Shown here piece after piece: positions 52,631 through 61,884 of a DNA stretch of 64,000 nucleotides (positions within the stretch are counted from its first letter, which is position 1; the number at the start of each line of letters is the position of its first letter). The stretch is from a virus. Taxonomy: Duplodnaviria; Caudoviricetes. Where the stretch lies: the IMG/VR virus record IMGVR_UViG_3300020202_000076, positions 401 through 64,400 of that record; one strand, given 5' to 3'. The notes under the pieces are model-generated. The model was not told the DNA's origin, did not search any database, and was given only the letters and a program-made list of their open reading frames with translations. The translations under genes were made by a program, and so were the position numbers.

Positions 52631-52956
52631 GCAGCGACGGCCTCCGCCTTCTTCTTCCGCCCCTTCTTAACGCGCGGTGGCTTTTTGCTGAGGTCGAGGC
52701 CGTCGCGAACCCTGAACGTCTGCGAGGTCTCGGCGAACAGGCCATCATGCTGAGCGATGAGCCACCCGTTCGCGATGGCGGAGCGAATGGTTGTCGACTC
52801 GACGAACCCGCCGCCGTCCATGAGCGAGAAACGCGGACTGTCCCAGTCAATGTTGTGCTGGAGCATTACCCCGCCATGCGCGGCGATCCGGCGAAGGCTC
52901 GCGCGCTGCGGGTAAGGAACGTCAGGCATTCTCGGGCTCCCCATATGGACGCTCAT
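52627..52956 (-). CDS. Hypothetical protein
   Basis: ATGA-coupled start MSVHMG; GWL....DGLF...SQTFR. Confidence 0.55.
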   Translation of the reverse strand: MSVHMGSPRMPDVPYPQRASLRRIAAHGGVMLQHNIDWDSPRFSLMDGGGFVESTTIRSAIANGWLIAQHDGLFAETSQTFRVRDGLDLSKKPPRVKKGRKKKAEAVAA

Positions 52957-53861
52957 GCCGCGGCCTCGAAACGAATGAAGCGCGACATCAGGACCGGCCT
53001 GTTTCCATCCTTGAACACGCAACGGATGATCCGGCCCGAAGCCGTCTTCACCCCGTCGCCACGGATCAGCGAAACCGCACTGTCGAGAAGATGAGGTTGG
53101 TCGTCATTCGCCGCCTGATCGAACTCGCCGATCAGCCTTTGCCCGTATGCCGGGTCGTCGCTCTGTGCGACGGCACGCCCCACCATGGAGGCGGGATTGC
53201 TGTGCATGACGTTCTTCGACGCGACATGGGCAAGAGTCCAGTGGTCAGCCTTGAACGCCACCCCTGTGGTCTGGAGCGGATCGGCCTTCGCAATCTCGAC
53301 GGCTTCGGTAAGGGAAAGTGACGGACGGGCTTTCCAGAGGCTCAGATGCTCCCGGAGCGGCGCGCACGTTCCTCCGGCGAGGAGGTCGAGGGATCGGCGG
53401 GCCGTGACGAGCGCCAGCGCAGGACGATCAGCCGGGCCTTCTCCCGCCATCCCGCCGCCTTCCGGTCCCCCCGATCCACCCAACGGCCAAGATGCGCCAT
53501 CAGCCAGCCGAGGGCCTTTCCCGCGCCCCTCAACGTTGCGGCCTTCAGGTGCAGTCCCGGCGGCAGATCGGATTCCATATCGGATGTCCTTCAGCGTCTG
53601 TTCGATCTCGGCGAGCTTGGCCAGATGGTAGGCAGGGTCGGCCGGGCCGATGATCGGCTCCAGGATCTTCAGTCCGAATCTCGATATCGCCCTGACCAAC
53701 ACCGCAGCGCTCGGCGGCGCACCGTCACGGATGTTCGCGATGGTCTGCGGCGTTACCTTGATCGACCGCGCCGCCTCCTTGAGCGAGCCGAACCGGCCCA
53801 GCTCCTCGGCGATCAGGCCGCGTACCGCGTCAAGCGCGATATCTCTCGATCCAAAAGACAT
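52953..53861 (-). CDS. CII-like HTH fused to a PAS-like C-terminal domain
   Basis: GGAGG SD; N-terminal KEAARSIKVTPQTIANIRDG..PS...LV..I..FG; C-terminal VGR.V....D.AYG......F.QA....QP.L. Confidence 0.55.
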   Translation of the reverse strand: MSFGSRDIALDAVRGLIAEELGRFGSLKEAARSIKVTPQTIANIRDGAPPSAAVLVRAISRFGLKILEPIIGPADPAYHLAKLAEIEQTLKDIRYGIRSAAGTAPEGRNVEGRGKGPRLADGASWPLGGSGGPEGGGMAGEGPADRPALALVTARRSLDLLAGGTCAPLREHLSLWKARPSLSLTEAVEIAKADPLQTTGVAFKADHWTLAHVASKNVMHSNPASMVGRAVAQSDDPAYGQRLIGEFDQAANDDQPHLLDSAVSLIRGDGVKTASGRIIRCVFKDGNRPVLMSRFIRFEAAA

Positions 53862-54114
53862 TAGGTCACTCCTCCTTCAAGCTGATTGGCGTGAGAGGAG
53901 AGAACCAAAGAGTCGAATGCGCGAACGAGGCCGGACCCGCTGCAGTGGGGCTCGGCCACAACAGAGGAGGCACCGGGAGGCGAGTAGCTGATGCTCGCAC
54001 TCCCGGCCTTCGCATCGTGGGGATAGGCGATGCGGTCGATCATCGCTGGCAACCGCTCGGCTCCATCGCCAAGCGACTTGTCAGACGCCTTAATGGGGGT
54101 GGGGGGTGAGAGTG

Positions 54115-54672
54115 TCATGCCGGCATGCTCACCAGCGGCGTGTCCGCTTTCAGATAGAGCGGATGCTTTGGCCTGCCGCTCGCGGTGAAGCCGAGCGCGT
54201 GTCGTGGCCTATCGCCGAGCCAGCCGAGCAGCGTTTCATCTTGACCGAGATGCCCACCGTGAGCGCCCCAGGCGCAGATGATCAAGCCGGCCTCGTAGGC
54301 GAGACGCTCAACCCAATGCTGGTTGCGGTCGCCGACCGGGTCGTCACTGTGATTGAGCGCGAGCAAATTCTTGGGGCTGGTGGCGCGATAGGCGAAGAGG
54401 TTGACGACCTCCAGGCGCTCGAACTTCCATGCCTTCGCGAACGCGACGCAGCGGCGGATCGTGGGATCGTCGGTCGCGCCGTCAGCGGTCGACGGATTGA
54501 GCATGATGAAGAGGCACGCCTTCGGCTCGCCGACTTGCTGCCCCGCGCCATCCTTGAAGCCCTGCCATTTCCAGTTCTTCGGATCGTGCGTGCCGCGCCA
54601 CTCGCGCCAGAGCGCATAGCGATATTTCCCGCAAGCCGAAATATCCGCGCCGGTTTGGATGTAGTCGCCCAT
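54115..54672 (-). CDS. DUF1643-family protein
   Basis: IS.CGKYRY.L.R.W...FIMLNPSTAD...DDPTIRRC..FA..W......VVNLFAYRAT.P...ICAWG...PKHPLY. Confidence 0.9.
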   Translation of the reverse strand: MGDYIQTGADISACGKYRYALWREWRGTHDPKNWKWQGFKDGAGQQVGEPKACLFIMLNPSTADGATDDPTIRRCVAFAKAWKFERLEVVNLFAYRATSPKNLLALNHSDDPVGDRNQHWVERLAYEAGLIICAWGAHGGHLGQDETLLGWLGDRPRHALGFTASGRPKHPLYLKADTPLVSMPA

Positions 54673-54996
54673 CTACCCCCTCCCCTCGGACGCCGCGTTG
54701 TCGGGGTTGGCTCCGTCATCCTTCGGCGTGCTGCCGTGATCAGCAGAGCCCGTCGCGGGAGGCTTCGGGAGCGGCATCCAGTGGGTGAACTTGCGGTTCT
54801 GGACGATGTCCCGGAACGGCACCTCGACGATGCCGAACCCAAGGAAATTCTGAGCGATGACCGGCTGCTGGATGATCAGGTCGCGCGCAACGAGGTTGTC
54901 GTTCTCATCGAACTCTTCGACCTTCGTAATCACGGTCCACGCGAGGAACTTCGTCCCGTCCTTCGGCGCCGTCTTGATGTCTCGCCACTCGCTCAC
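54673..54996 (-). CDS. DUF551-family protein
   Basis: EWRDIKTAPKDGT.FL...THWMPLP.PP; tail encoded through a family-I motif. Confidence 0.8.
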   Translation of the reverse strand: MSEWRDIKTAPKDGTKFLAWTVITKVEEFDENDNLVARDLIIQQPVIAQNFLGFGIVEVPFRDIVQNRKFTHWMPLPKPPATGSADHGSTPKDDGANPDNAASEGRG

Positions 54997-55407
54997 GTCC
55001 TCGCTCCCTGGTGATGTTGCGATGAGGAGCAGCGTGAGGCGAAGCGAACTAAAATCTTCCTCTTACAAACCCTCCTGATGGTGGAGAGAGGAACCAAGGT
55101 CAGGATGCGAATCTCCTCCGCACTCTTCCCTTCACCGTGGAGGCGAAGAATGGCCGCGATGGTCTTGGGGTGCGTCATGCCGCCGTGCTCCCCGTCCACT
55201 TCGCGCACTCTTCGAAGCGTCGGATGCGTTCAGCTTGAGAGGCGATAAGGAGCCGCGCCTTGTGCAGCTCGGTGAGCGCCGATGTCAGCGCCTCCTCCGC
55301 CTGCACCCTCGCCGTGTGCGATGCCGTCAGCCGCAGCCGCATCGCATCCAAGGTCGAGCGCCAGCACAGCGGCCAACGATCCACCACACCGGCTTTCAGA
55401 GCGCCGA

Positions 55408-55617
55408 TCATGCGGCCCTGCGCTTCGCATTGGCGCGCATGAAGTTCTCGATCTTCTGCTGTGTCTTCCAACCGGGGTCGCGCCCCTTGCGGAGCTGGTA
55501 GACGAAGCGCGGATCGTTGAGAGCGTCCTTCCCGAGCCGGGCGGCGCTCATTTTCGAGGCCGCCAGGAACCGCTCGATCTTCGCGAGCAGCGGGTGGGGT
55601 TGGAGGGTTTCGGACAT
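55408..55617 (-). CDS. Cro-like repressor
   Basis: LL.KIERFL..SKMSA.RLGKDALNDPRFV..LR.GR.P; divergent from the cI-like gene. Confidence 0.8.
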   Translation of the reverse strand: MSETLQPHPLLAKIERFLAASKMSAARLGKDALNDPRFVYQLRKGRDPGWKTQQKIENFMRANAKRRAA

Positions 55618-55625
55618 GAAAGCGG

Positions 55626-55670
55626 AGGATAATAGCAATCTTCCTACCGGTCAAGATAGGAATGATCCTC
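55626..55670 (-). promoter_or_regulatory. Cro-side promoter with two operators
   Basis: Minus strand TTGACC-N17-TATCCT; operators TAGCAATCTTCCTA (55633-55646) and TAGGAATGATCCTC (55657-55670). Confidence 0.7.
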
Positions 55671-55708
55671 CGCGCGAATCGCAACGTTCATCCGTAGGAT
55701 CGGCGCCC

Positions 55709-56176
55709 ATGGGGAGCGATGCAGCCGAGCGGGCGCGCGAGTTGGTTCGCGAGCGGATCAAAGACCTCGGCCTAGAAATGAAAAGCCTTTCGCGCGAAAT
55801 TGGGCGAAATCCCGCCTATATCCATCAGTACCTAAACAAAAGGTCGCCACTCTATATTGGAGAGCAGGAGCGCCCGATCCTGGCAGCCAAACTTGGAATC
55901 TCGGAAGACCTCCTCAAGCCCCCTCCCAAGACTGATATGCAACCGAAGCCGAGATTCAGCGGCTTCAAGGGCGTCAGAAAACCGATCACCGACCAGGCGC
56001 TCATCGAGGGCCTGATTTCGCGAATGCTCCATATTAATCAAAGCTTGAAGTTGAATTGGTCGCCCGAGCGGATGGCGCGGGCAATTACCCTCGGATACGA
56101 GGCTGGCGTAGAAGAGAACGAAGCCAATCCAGTTGAAATTATTGACAAACTAGTTGCCGCGCTAAAGCGGAATTAA
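55709..56176 (+). CDS. CI-like repressor lacking an S24 peptidase domain
   Basis: I...GL.MK.LSREIGRNPAYIHQYL.K.SP..I.E..R..LA..LGI; 155 aa. Confidence 0.8.
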   Translation: MGSDAAERARELVRERIKDLGLEMKSLSREIGRNPAYIHQYLNKRSPLYIGEQERPILAAKLGISEDLLKPPPKTDMQPKPRFSGFKGVRKPITDQALIEGLISRMLHINQSLKLNWSPERMARAITLGYEAGVEENEANPVEIIDKLVAALKRN

Positions 56177-56540
56177 TGCCTCTCTCGTGTCCGTGATTGC
56201 GCATCTACACCTTTCGCTTGCACTCCGTCACGGTTGAGACGCAGAATGTCACAGCCAGTCACAGACGGCGCGGAGGCGATATGCCGACACCGGGGCAATG
56301 GGCAAGAGCGTGTGCAGCGCTCGATGACTTGATCCTCCGCGAGATCCTGCTGGATAACCCGGCAGCCGGGAAGCTCCTTGTACGCCGGCTGAAGAAATAC
56401 GGCCGGCTGGCCCTCCCCCGCCCTCCCGTACCCCGGTCGCTCCCGCGCGCCCGAGCCCGGCCGCCTGGCTCTAAGCCCCTTAGTTAACCTGCGATAATAG
56501 CGGCGGGCCGCTCAGCGGTTCCGTTGGCATGGCTAGACGG

Positions 56541-56583
56541 TAGCATTTTTCCTATTGACGGTCGGTAGCAATCATCCTATTAT
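56541..56583 (+). promoter_or_regulatory. Early rightward promoter with two operators
   Basis: TTGACG (56555)-N17-TATTAT (56578); operators TAGCATTTTTCCTA (56541-56554) and TAGCAATCATCCTA (56566-56579). Confidence 0.75.
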
Positions 56584-56622
56584 CCTCTCGTTCAAAGCCT
56601 ACGGGCTCTCAACCGAGGAGGG

Positions 56623-56991
56623 ATGGGGATGGCGGAGAAGATCAAGAGCGAGGGGACTGCCCTTCGGGATCACGTTGAGCCATCTGCCGAACCTGCGGGC
56701 GCGGAGGTCTCGTTCGCCAAGTGGCTGTCCGACGAGATCGAGCGCGCCGCCGAAGACGCTGAGGAAAGCCACGTTGAGGCGCGCAACACCTACGGCGCCG
56801 GATACGACCGGGGCTATGTCAACGCGCTGAAGGCGGTCGAGGGTCGCGGCGTCAGCGACATGTATGCCTCACTCGTGGAGGTGGTCGCCGCCACCGATGC
56901 CTACGACGAAAGCCCGGCCGCTGATGATCGCTGCATCCGCGCTATCGAGAAATGCCGCGCCGCCTTGTCCCGCTCCCGTGGGGAGGGCTGA
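56623..56991 (+). CDS. Early hypothetical protein
   Basis: GGAGG SD; shares both termini with 57227-57784. Confidence 0.6.
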   Translation: MGMAEKIKSEGTALRDHVEPSAEPAGAEVSFAKWLSDEIERAAEDAEESHVEARNTYGAGYDRGYVNALKAVEGRGVSDMYASLVEVVAATDAYDESPAADDRCIRAIEKCRAALSRSRGEG

Positions 56992-57289
56992 TCATGTCCG
57001 TAGCCGGCCGCGTCAGCGATGCCCCTTGGGGCGACATGACCAACGCTCAGCGCTTCGCTCTTGAAGAAGCGGGCGACGCTCATATCGCCACTGCATTCAA
57101 CACGATCTCTTTCGCCGTCTCTCAGCGCGTTGGCGGTGACGAGCTTCGGCGCCGCCTCAAGCGTGCGCTCGCCAGCCTCGACGAGGCCCGCGGCATTCTA
57201 ACCAAGCTGAGCGCGGAGTAGCCCCCATGTCCGAGAAGATTTCAGGGACTGCCCTTCGGGATCACGTTGAGCCATCTGCCGAACCTGCG
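56653..57289 (+). repeat. 45-bp perfect direct repeat (56653-56697 and 57245-57289)
   Basis: GGGACTGCCCTTCGGGATCACGTTGAGCCATCTGCCGAACCTGCG occurs twice. Confidence 0.9.
56994..57221 (+). CDS. Early hypothetical protein
   Basis: GGAGG SD within the repeat. Confidence 0.55.
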   Translation: MSVAGRVSDAPWGDMTNAQRFALEEAGDAHIATAFNTISFAVSQRVGGDELRRRLKRALASLDEARGILTKLSAE

Positions 57290-57784
57290 AAGAGCGAGCC
57301 GGGGCTCGCCAACCTCCACGTCGATTGCGTGAACGAAGAGCGCAATTACGGTTCTGTCGGATGGGAGGCCGAGGGCGCTCGGTTTCACATCTGGGTCACT
57401 CTTCCTGGCCTCGCCCATAATGGAATTCTTCATAAGAACGTTGGCAGCGGTCGGGCTCACTCGCACAGGAGCCTGAACGCTCGATCCAAGAAGTGGGCGC
57501 CCGTCATCGACGCCGCCTTCAACGAGGTCCGAACGCGCGACCTGATCGCGGGCGCCATCGCCGCGAAAGACGCCGAAGACGCTGAGTGGAGGCGCCTCAC
57601 CGAAGAGAGCGCCGCCTTTGAGCGGAAGCGTGAAGCTGGGCCCGATCTCTACGCGGCAGCGCAGAGCCTGATTAACGGCATCGACACCGGCTTGGTCCGG
57701 CTCGAAACCGACGCAGACGAGACGCTGGCGAACACGATGCGCGACCTGCGCTCCGCCTTGTCCCACGCCCGTGGGGAGGACTGA
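57227..57784 (+). CDS. Early hypothetical protein
   Basis: GGAG SD; AGPDLYAA...RSALSHARGE tail. Confidence 0.6.
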   Translation: MSEKISGTALRDHVEPSAEPAKSEPGLANLHVDCVNEERNYGSVGWEAEGARFHIWVTLPGLAHNGILHKNVGSGRAHSHRSLNARSKKWAPVIDAAFNEVRTRDLIAGAIAAKDAEDAEWRRLTEESAAFERKREAGPDLYAAAQSLINGIDTGLVRLETDADETLANTMRDLRSALSHARGED

Positions 57785-57786
57785 TC

Positions 57787-58083
57787 ATGTCCACGCAGCG
57801 GGTGTTCCGTAATCGAAAGGAAGCGGAGAAGGCGGGGTTTAGTTCCTTCTCGAAGGGCTTCAACGAAGAGTGGCGGAAGGGCGAAGGCAAGAACCACGAG
57901 CGCGCCATAGTCCGGTCACCCCTCGAAGCTCGGCTCGCCGAAGCGCTGGAGGAAGCGGAGCAGGGAGGGCCGCGCTGCCCCTGCTGCGGTCGGGATGCGC
58001 GTCCAGGACGCGATCCGAAACACCGGCACGCCGAAGACTGCAAGCTCTCCCTCGCCTTGAGGGCGTTCCGGGGTGAGTCATGA
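57787..58083 (+). CDS. Early hypothetical protein (CxxC...H..DC)
   Basis: GGAGG SD; CPCCG...HAEDCKL. Confidence 0.55.
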   Translation: MSTQRVFRNRKEAEKAGFSSFSKGFNEEWRKGEGKNHERAIVRSPLEARLAEALEEAEQGGPRCPCCGRDARPGRDPKHRHAEDCKLSLALRAFRGES

Positions 58084-58397
58084 CACAGCCCCGCACAGAA
58101 GAAGAGGCGATTGCGCGGTTGCGGGAACTGCATCGGAAGATCGATGTGCTCGCTGACGAGGCAATGCTCCTGCACCTGTCGGCAAAGCTCCCCCCGTCCC
58201 TCTGCAGCAAAGCGGAAGAGACGCACGGGTATCTGCGCTCGACGCTGAGCGACTGCGACATCCCGTACGCCATCAAGATGCAAGCGCGGCGCGATCGAGA
58301 CGAGGACGGCGACGAGGAACCCTACGGGCGCATGAGCCGGCATTCCGATGAGAACCACGCCGGCATCTGCGAGCACATCAGGAATGCGGCGGAGTAG
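58080..58397 (+). CDS. Early hypothetical protein
   Basis: ATGA coupling. Confidence 0.5.
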   Translation: MTQPRTEEEAIARLRELHRKIDVLADEAMLLHLSAKLPPSLCSKAEETHGYLRSTLSDCDIPYAIKMQARRDRDEDGDEEPYGRMSRHSDENHAGICEHIRNAAE

Positions 58398-58400
58398 ACG

Positions 58401-58727
58401 ATGAGCGACCGATTGACATGGCAGGAGAAGGCAGCGGCGCTCGATGCGCTCTCCGAGATCCGACTTCTGATCCGCAAACCCGGCGATTGGTACGTGCATC
58501 AGAACGTCTCGGTTGGCGACGGGTCCGCCACGCTTGTCGGCGCGTACGGGAACGGCGAGACACCCGAGGCCGCGCTCAATGATCACTGGCGCGCTCTGGT
58601 CACCGACCTGGTGGGCTGCGGCCCCACCGAAAAGTACCTCGTGGTCTCCGGCGAGAAGGGCAACCGCCGCGTCCGCTGGAACGGCTTCATGTGGATCGAA
58701 CTTCCGCAGCCCAAGGCCGAGTCATGA
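58401..58727 (+). CDS. Early hypothetical protein
   Basis: GGAG SD; GNG.TPE.A..DHW...VRWNGFMW. Confidence 0.6.
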   Translation: MSDRLTWQEKAAALDALSEIRLLIRKPGDWYVHQNVSVGDGSATLVGAYGNGETPEAALNDHWRALVTDLVGCGPTEKYLVVSGEKGNRRVRWNGFMWIELPQPKAES

Positions 58728-58831
58728 CCCCCATGCACAGCAGCTTATCCCAGACAGGGGAGAGGAAGATTTTTGGTCCCTTCGGATCGTTTGCACCGCA
58801 TCGCCCAACCACTGAGGACTGAGAGGAAGAG

Positions 58832-59431
58832 ATGTCGATGTACGAAGAAGAAGATTTCGATGGGCCGGATCGCTTCAGCGAAGGCGACGGCCAGATGAAG
58901 GCGCTCCTGACGCTCAAGGGCTTCAGCACGCGCGATCTGTTCTACCACATGGCCCGCGCCGTGCTGGACGAAGAGGGGCTCACCAAGCACGACCTCTCGA
59001 AGAAGGTCTTAACGGCTGTCGAGAAGGGGCTTGAGGCGGCTCTGTCCGAAGCGATGAACGGCATCATCGCGCAGCGCGCCGAGAGGCTTGTCGATGAACT
59101 GCTCACCAAGGAATTCGTGAAGACGAACGAGTGGGGCGAAAAGAAGGGCGAAACCATCACCCTTCGCGAGCACATCCTCTCGCTCTTTACGAAATCCCTC
59201 CAGGAGCGCGTGGACACCGACGGGCGCAACTCCTCCTACAACAACGGCATCACGCGCCTGGAGTGGATCATCAAGAAGCACGGGACCGATGGTCTCTTGG
59301 AACTCGCCAAGGGACAGGTCGCGAACGTGCGCAAGGAAGCCGAGAAGCAGATCGCGGCAGCGGTCGGCGCCTTCATCGCTCAGAACCTTGCGCAGCCTCT
59401 CACCGCGGCGACCGCGCTTCCGAAGCAGTAG
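58832..59431 (+). CDS. Early hypothetical helical protein
   Basis: GAGGA SD; TNEWGE.KG..ITLRE.I. Confidence 0.65.
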   Translation: MSMYEEEDFDGPDRFSEGDGQMKALLTLKGFSTRDLFYHMARAVLDEEGLTKHDLSKKVLTAVEKGLEAALSEAMNGIIAQRAERLVDELLTKEFVKTNEWGEKKGETITLREHILSLFTKSLQERVDTDGRNSSYNNGITRLEWIIKKHGTDGLLELAKGQVANVRKEAEKQIAAAVGAFIAQNLAQPLTAATALPKQ

Positions 59432-59513
59432 CGATCCCACGGGATGCGCCTCACATCGAGACGCATCACGGGCGACCGCCCTCCGCAAACCAGCGGATCA
59501 CATAACCAAGAGG

Positions 59514-60401
59514 ATGAAATCAATGCGATCGAACTTTCTGAAACGACTTCTCTACGGCGCGGCACTCTGCCTCGCCCTGGCGCCTCCGGCCAATGCCGAA
59601 ATGCTCTGGTCCGGACCGTCGAATACCGGGCTGTTCAACGCGCAGATCAGCGAGACGACGAAGGAAAGCCTGCTCGTCCACTACAGCTATCGCGATGAAG
59701 ACGGCACGGCTACCTGGTTCGCCGCGAACGGCAAGAATGGCGGCGATGCCGACCAGTTCAAGGGCCAGACCTTCACCTGTCGCGACGGCCAGCCCTTCGG
59801 CGGCACCTACAGGGCGCCGACCTGTGATGTGTTCGGCTTCCTCAGTGTCGAGTGGCCCTCGTCCCAGACCGGCAGCACCTACAACATCAACGTCGACCTC
59901 ATCGGCACGATCTACCTGCCCAACGACCGCCAGAAGTACGGACAGACGATCACGCCAACGGTGGTAGAGGCTGGCCCCGGCGGCGGCCCGAAGCCGCGCA
60001 ACGACTGTCCGGCTCAGGTCTCCGGCACGGGCGCGTGCATCGCCTATCACCCGGACGGCTGGTACTGGCGCTCGGCCGAAGGTGGCGAGGGCTGGTCGAT
60101 CCTGTTCCAGGGCGACTCCCTGTTCGCGACCGTCTTCACCTACGGCACCGATGGCCGGAACACCTGGAAGATCGCGACCGGACGTATGACGAGCGTGTCG
60201 TCTTTCTCCGGTGCGCTTCAGAGCTGCCGGAAGCCGGCGGGCGCGACCTCGGCGACGTGCGAGAGCGAAGGCAACGTCAGCATGACCTTCCGCACGGTCG
60301 ACAACAGCCCCCAGGCGAACACCTCGCGCAACACGAAGTACATCGACGTGACGCTGCCCACCGGCAAGCAGTTCACGCTCGAACGGTTTCTTCCCAACTA
60401 G
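59514..60401 (+). CDS. Secreted protein with two tandem beta-rich domains
   Basis: Signal peptide (AALCLALAPPANA); repeated Y..DG..TW....G...F.G....CR segments. Confidence 0.7.
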   Translation: MKSMRSNFLKRLLYGAALCLALAPPANAEMLWSGPSNTGLFNAQISETTKESLLVHYSYRDEDGTATWFAANGKNGGDADQFKGQTFTCRDGQPFGGTYRAPTCDVFGFLSVEWPSSQTGSTYNINVDLIGTIYLPNDRQKYGQTITPTVVEAGPGGGPKPRNDCPAQVSGTGACIAYHPDGWYWRSAEGGEGWSILFQGDSLFATVFTYGTDGRNTWKIATGRMTSVSSFSGALQSCRKPAGATSATCESEGNVSMTFRTVDNSPQANTSRNTKYIDVTLPTGKQFTLERFLPN

Positions 60402-60476
60402 GCCGACGACTTCGGCTGCGCCTCACTGCAGGGGGCGCAGAGGTGGTCGCCGGAGATAACCAGAGGAGCGAGGACG

Positions 60477-60758
60477 ATGGAGTTGGAACAGATTGAAGCA
60501 AGGGCCACAAAGCCTCGTCGCGTCATCTTGGGAGAGGGCGCTCACGTCGTCAACTACGGGACATGGGAAGGATCTCCGGCTGTCTTCATCGAGCCGGCGC
60601 CTTCGCCCGGCCCGGTCGGCGGCGATGCGACCGGCGCCGGGCTGCCCAAGGATGTCGTCAGCCCGGCCGGTCTCGTCCTCACGCTCTTAAACCCCCTGGC
60701 CGCGCTCACACTGATCGAAGCCATCACCAAGGCGCTGCTTCCGCGCAAGCCCGCCTGA
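60477..60758 (+). CDS. Hypothetical protein
   Basis: GAGGA SD. Confidence 0.55.
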   Translation: MELEQIEARATKPRRVILGEGAHVVNYGTWEGSPAVFIEPAPSPGPVGGDATGAGLPKDVVSPAGLVLTLLNPLAALTLIEAITKALLPRKPA

Positions 60759-60795
60759 CCACCCGTCCACCGGACCATAGGGGGAGAGATAGATC

Positions 60796-61023
60796 ATGTA
60801 CCAGCCCGGCCAGTGCGTTCAGTCCAGAGATGGGATCGGGACGGTGACGCGCTCTCTCGCTTCCGGCTTTGCATACAAGGTCGTGTTCCCGGGACTCGGA
60901 GAGGTCGTGTGCATGTCCTCTGTCCTTTCGGAAGCGCCGGAGAATGTCATCTCGATTTCTCGGGGCTGCGCTTCGCGATCACGCGGCACCTCATCGCGTC
61001 AAAGTCAGGGAGAGAGGATGTGA
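60796..61023 (+). CDS. Hypothetical protein (SH3-like pattern)
   Basis: YQPGQ.V....GIGTV......YKVVF. Confidence 0.45.
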   Translation: MYQPGQCVQSRDGIGTVTRSLASGFAYKVVFPGLGEVVCMSSVLSEAPENVISISRGCASRSRGTSSRQSQGERM

Positions 61024-61274
61024 GCCGGAAGCTTTCCGACAATCAGCGTCGCGCGCTGGAGATTCTGCGCAAAGGTGCGCCATGGCCGAGTGCATACGAC
61101 CTCGGTGTGGGGCTTGGAACGCTGAACTCTCTCGAAGGCCGCGGCTTGGTGATGGCGCACCACGGACTCGGGTCGCTGTTCTCGCCGCACACAGCGATCA
61201 AGTGGTCAATAACGGAAGCCGGCCGCGCCGCCCTCACCGAACGGTCAACTGAGCCCCAAAAGGACGTGTCATGA
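61020..61274 (+). CDS. Winged-HTH-like hypothetical protein
   Basis: KLS.NQRRAL...TL.SLE.RGLV...ITEAGRAAL. Confidence 0.6.
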   Translation: MSRKLSDNQRRALEILRKGAPWPSAYDLGVGLGTLNSLEGRGLVMAHHGLGSLFSPHTAIKWSITEAGRAALTERSTEPQKDVS

Positions 61275-61884
61275 GCGGTGTTCTCGCAGCCCTCGGGATG
61301 ATCGGGCTCCTCATGGTTCTCTTCAGACGAATGGGCGGCTTTTCTTTCTTGGAGTGTTTCGCCGTGGGCGTCGGGATCGGCGCCTGTTTTCTGCAGTCTC
61401 TCCAATACTTCGCAGGCACGCCATGACCCCTACATCTGCCGACTCGATCCTTCCTGATCCGCCGAACAGGAGTGAGGCAGAGGCCCTGTGGAACAGGATC
61501 GAGCGAGCGATTGCTGTGGCGAAGTCTGAACTCGCGGGGAGCTACCAAGTGCCTCAAGGCAAGGCCCGCTCAGTTTTCCGCCGAGAAACCGTCATTCACA
61601 TGGTCGACATCCTGGAAGGGAGACGCTGATGCAAGCGCTCAACGAACGCTTCCGCGCATGGTTTGGCCGCGATGGCGGGGACACTCCTCTGGCCCAGGAA
61701 GAGGCCGAGGCCCCGAAGGCGAAGCCACAAGAGATCCCGGCGAAGAAGGCTCGAACGGTCGCCGACCTCCCTCCGATGCGCCACCCGGAATACCTCGGTG
61801 TCCACATGGCCAACGCTCAGAACGCGAGTGCAATGCGATGACCAAGGGACTGGAGCCCATGGAGCAGGATGTGGGGAGGGCTTC

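Larger units (their letters stand above)
56960..57792 (+). repeat. 40-bp direct repeat, 37/40 identical (56960-56999 and 57753-57792)
   Basis: CCGCCTTGTCCC.C.CCCGTGGGGAGG.CTGATCATGTCC covers the SD, the stop codon and the next ATG. Confidence 0.85.
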
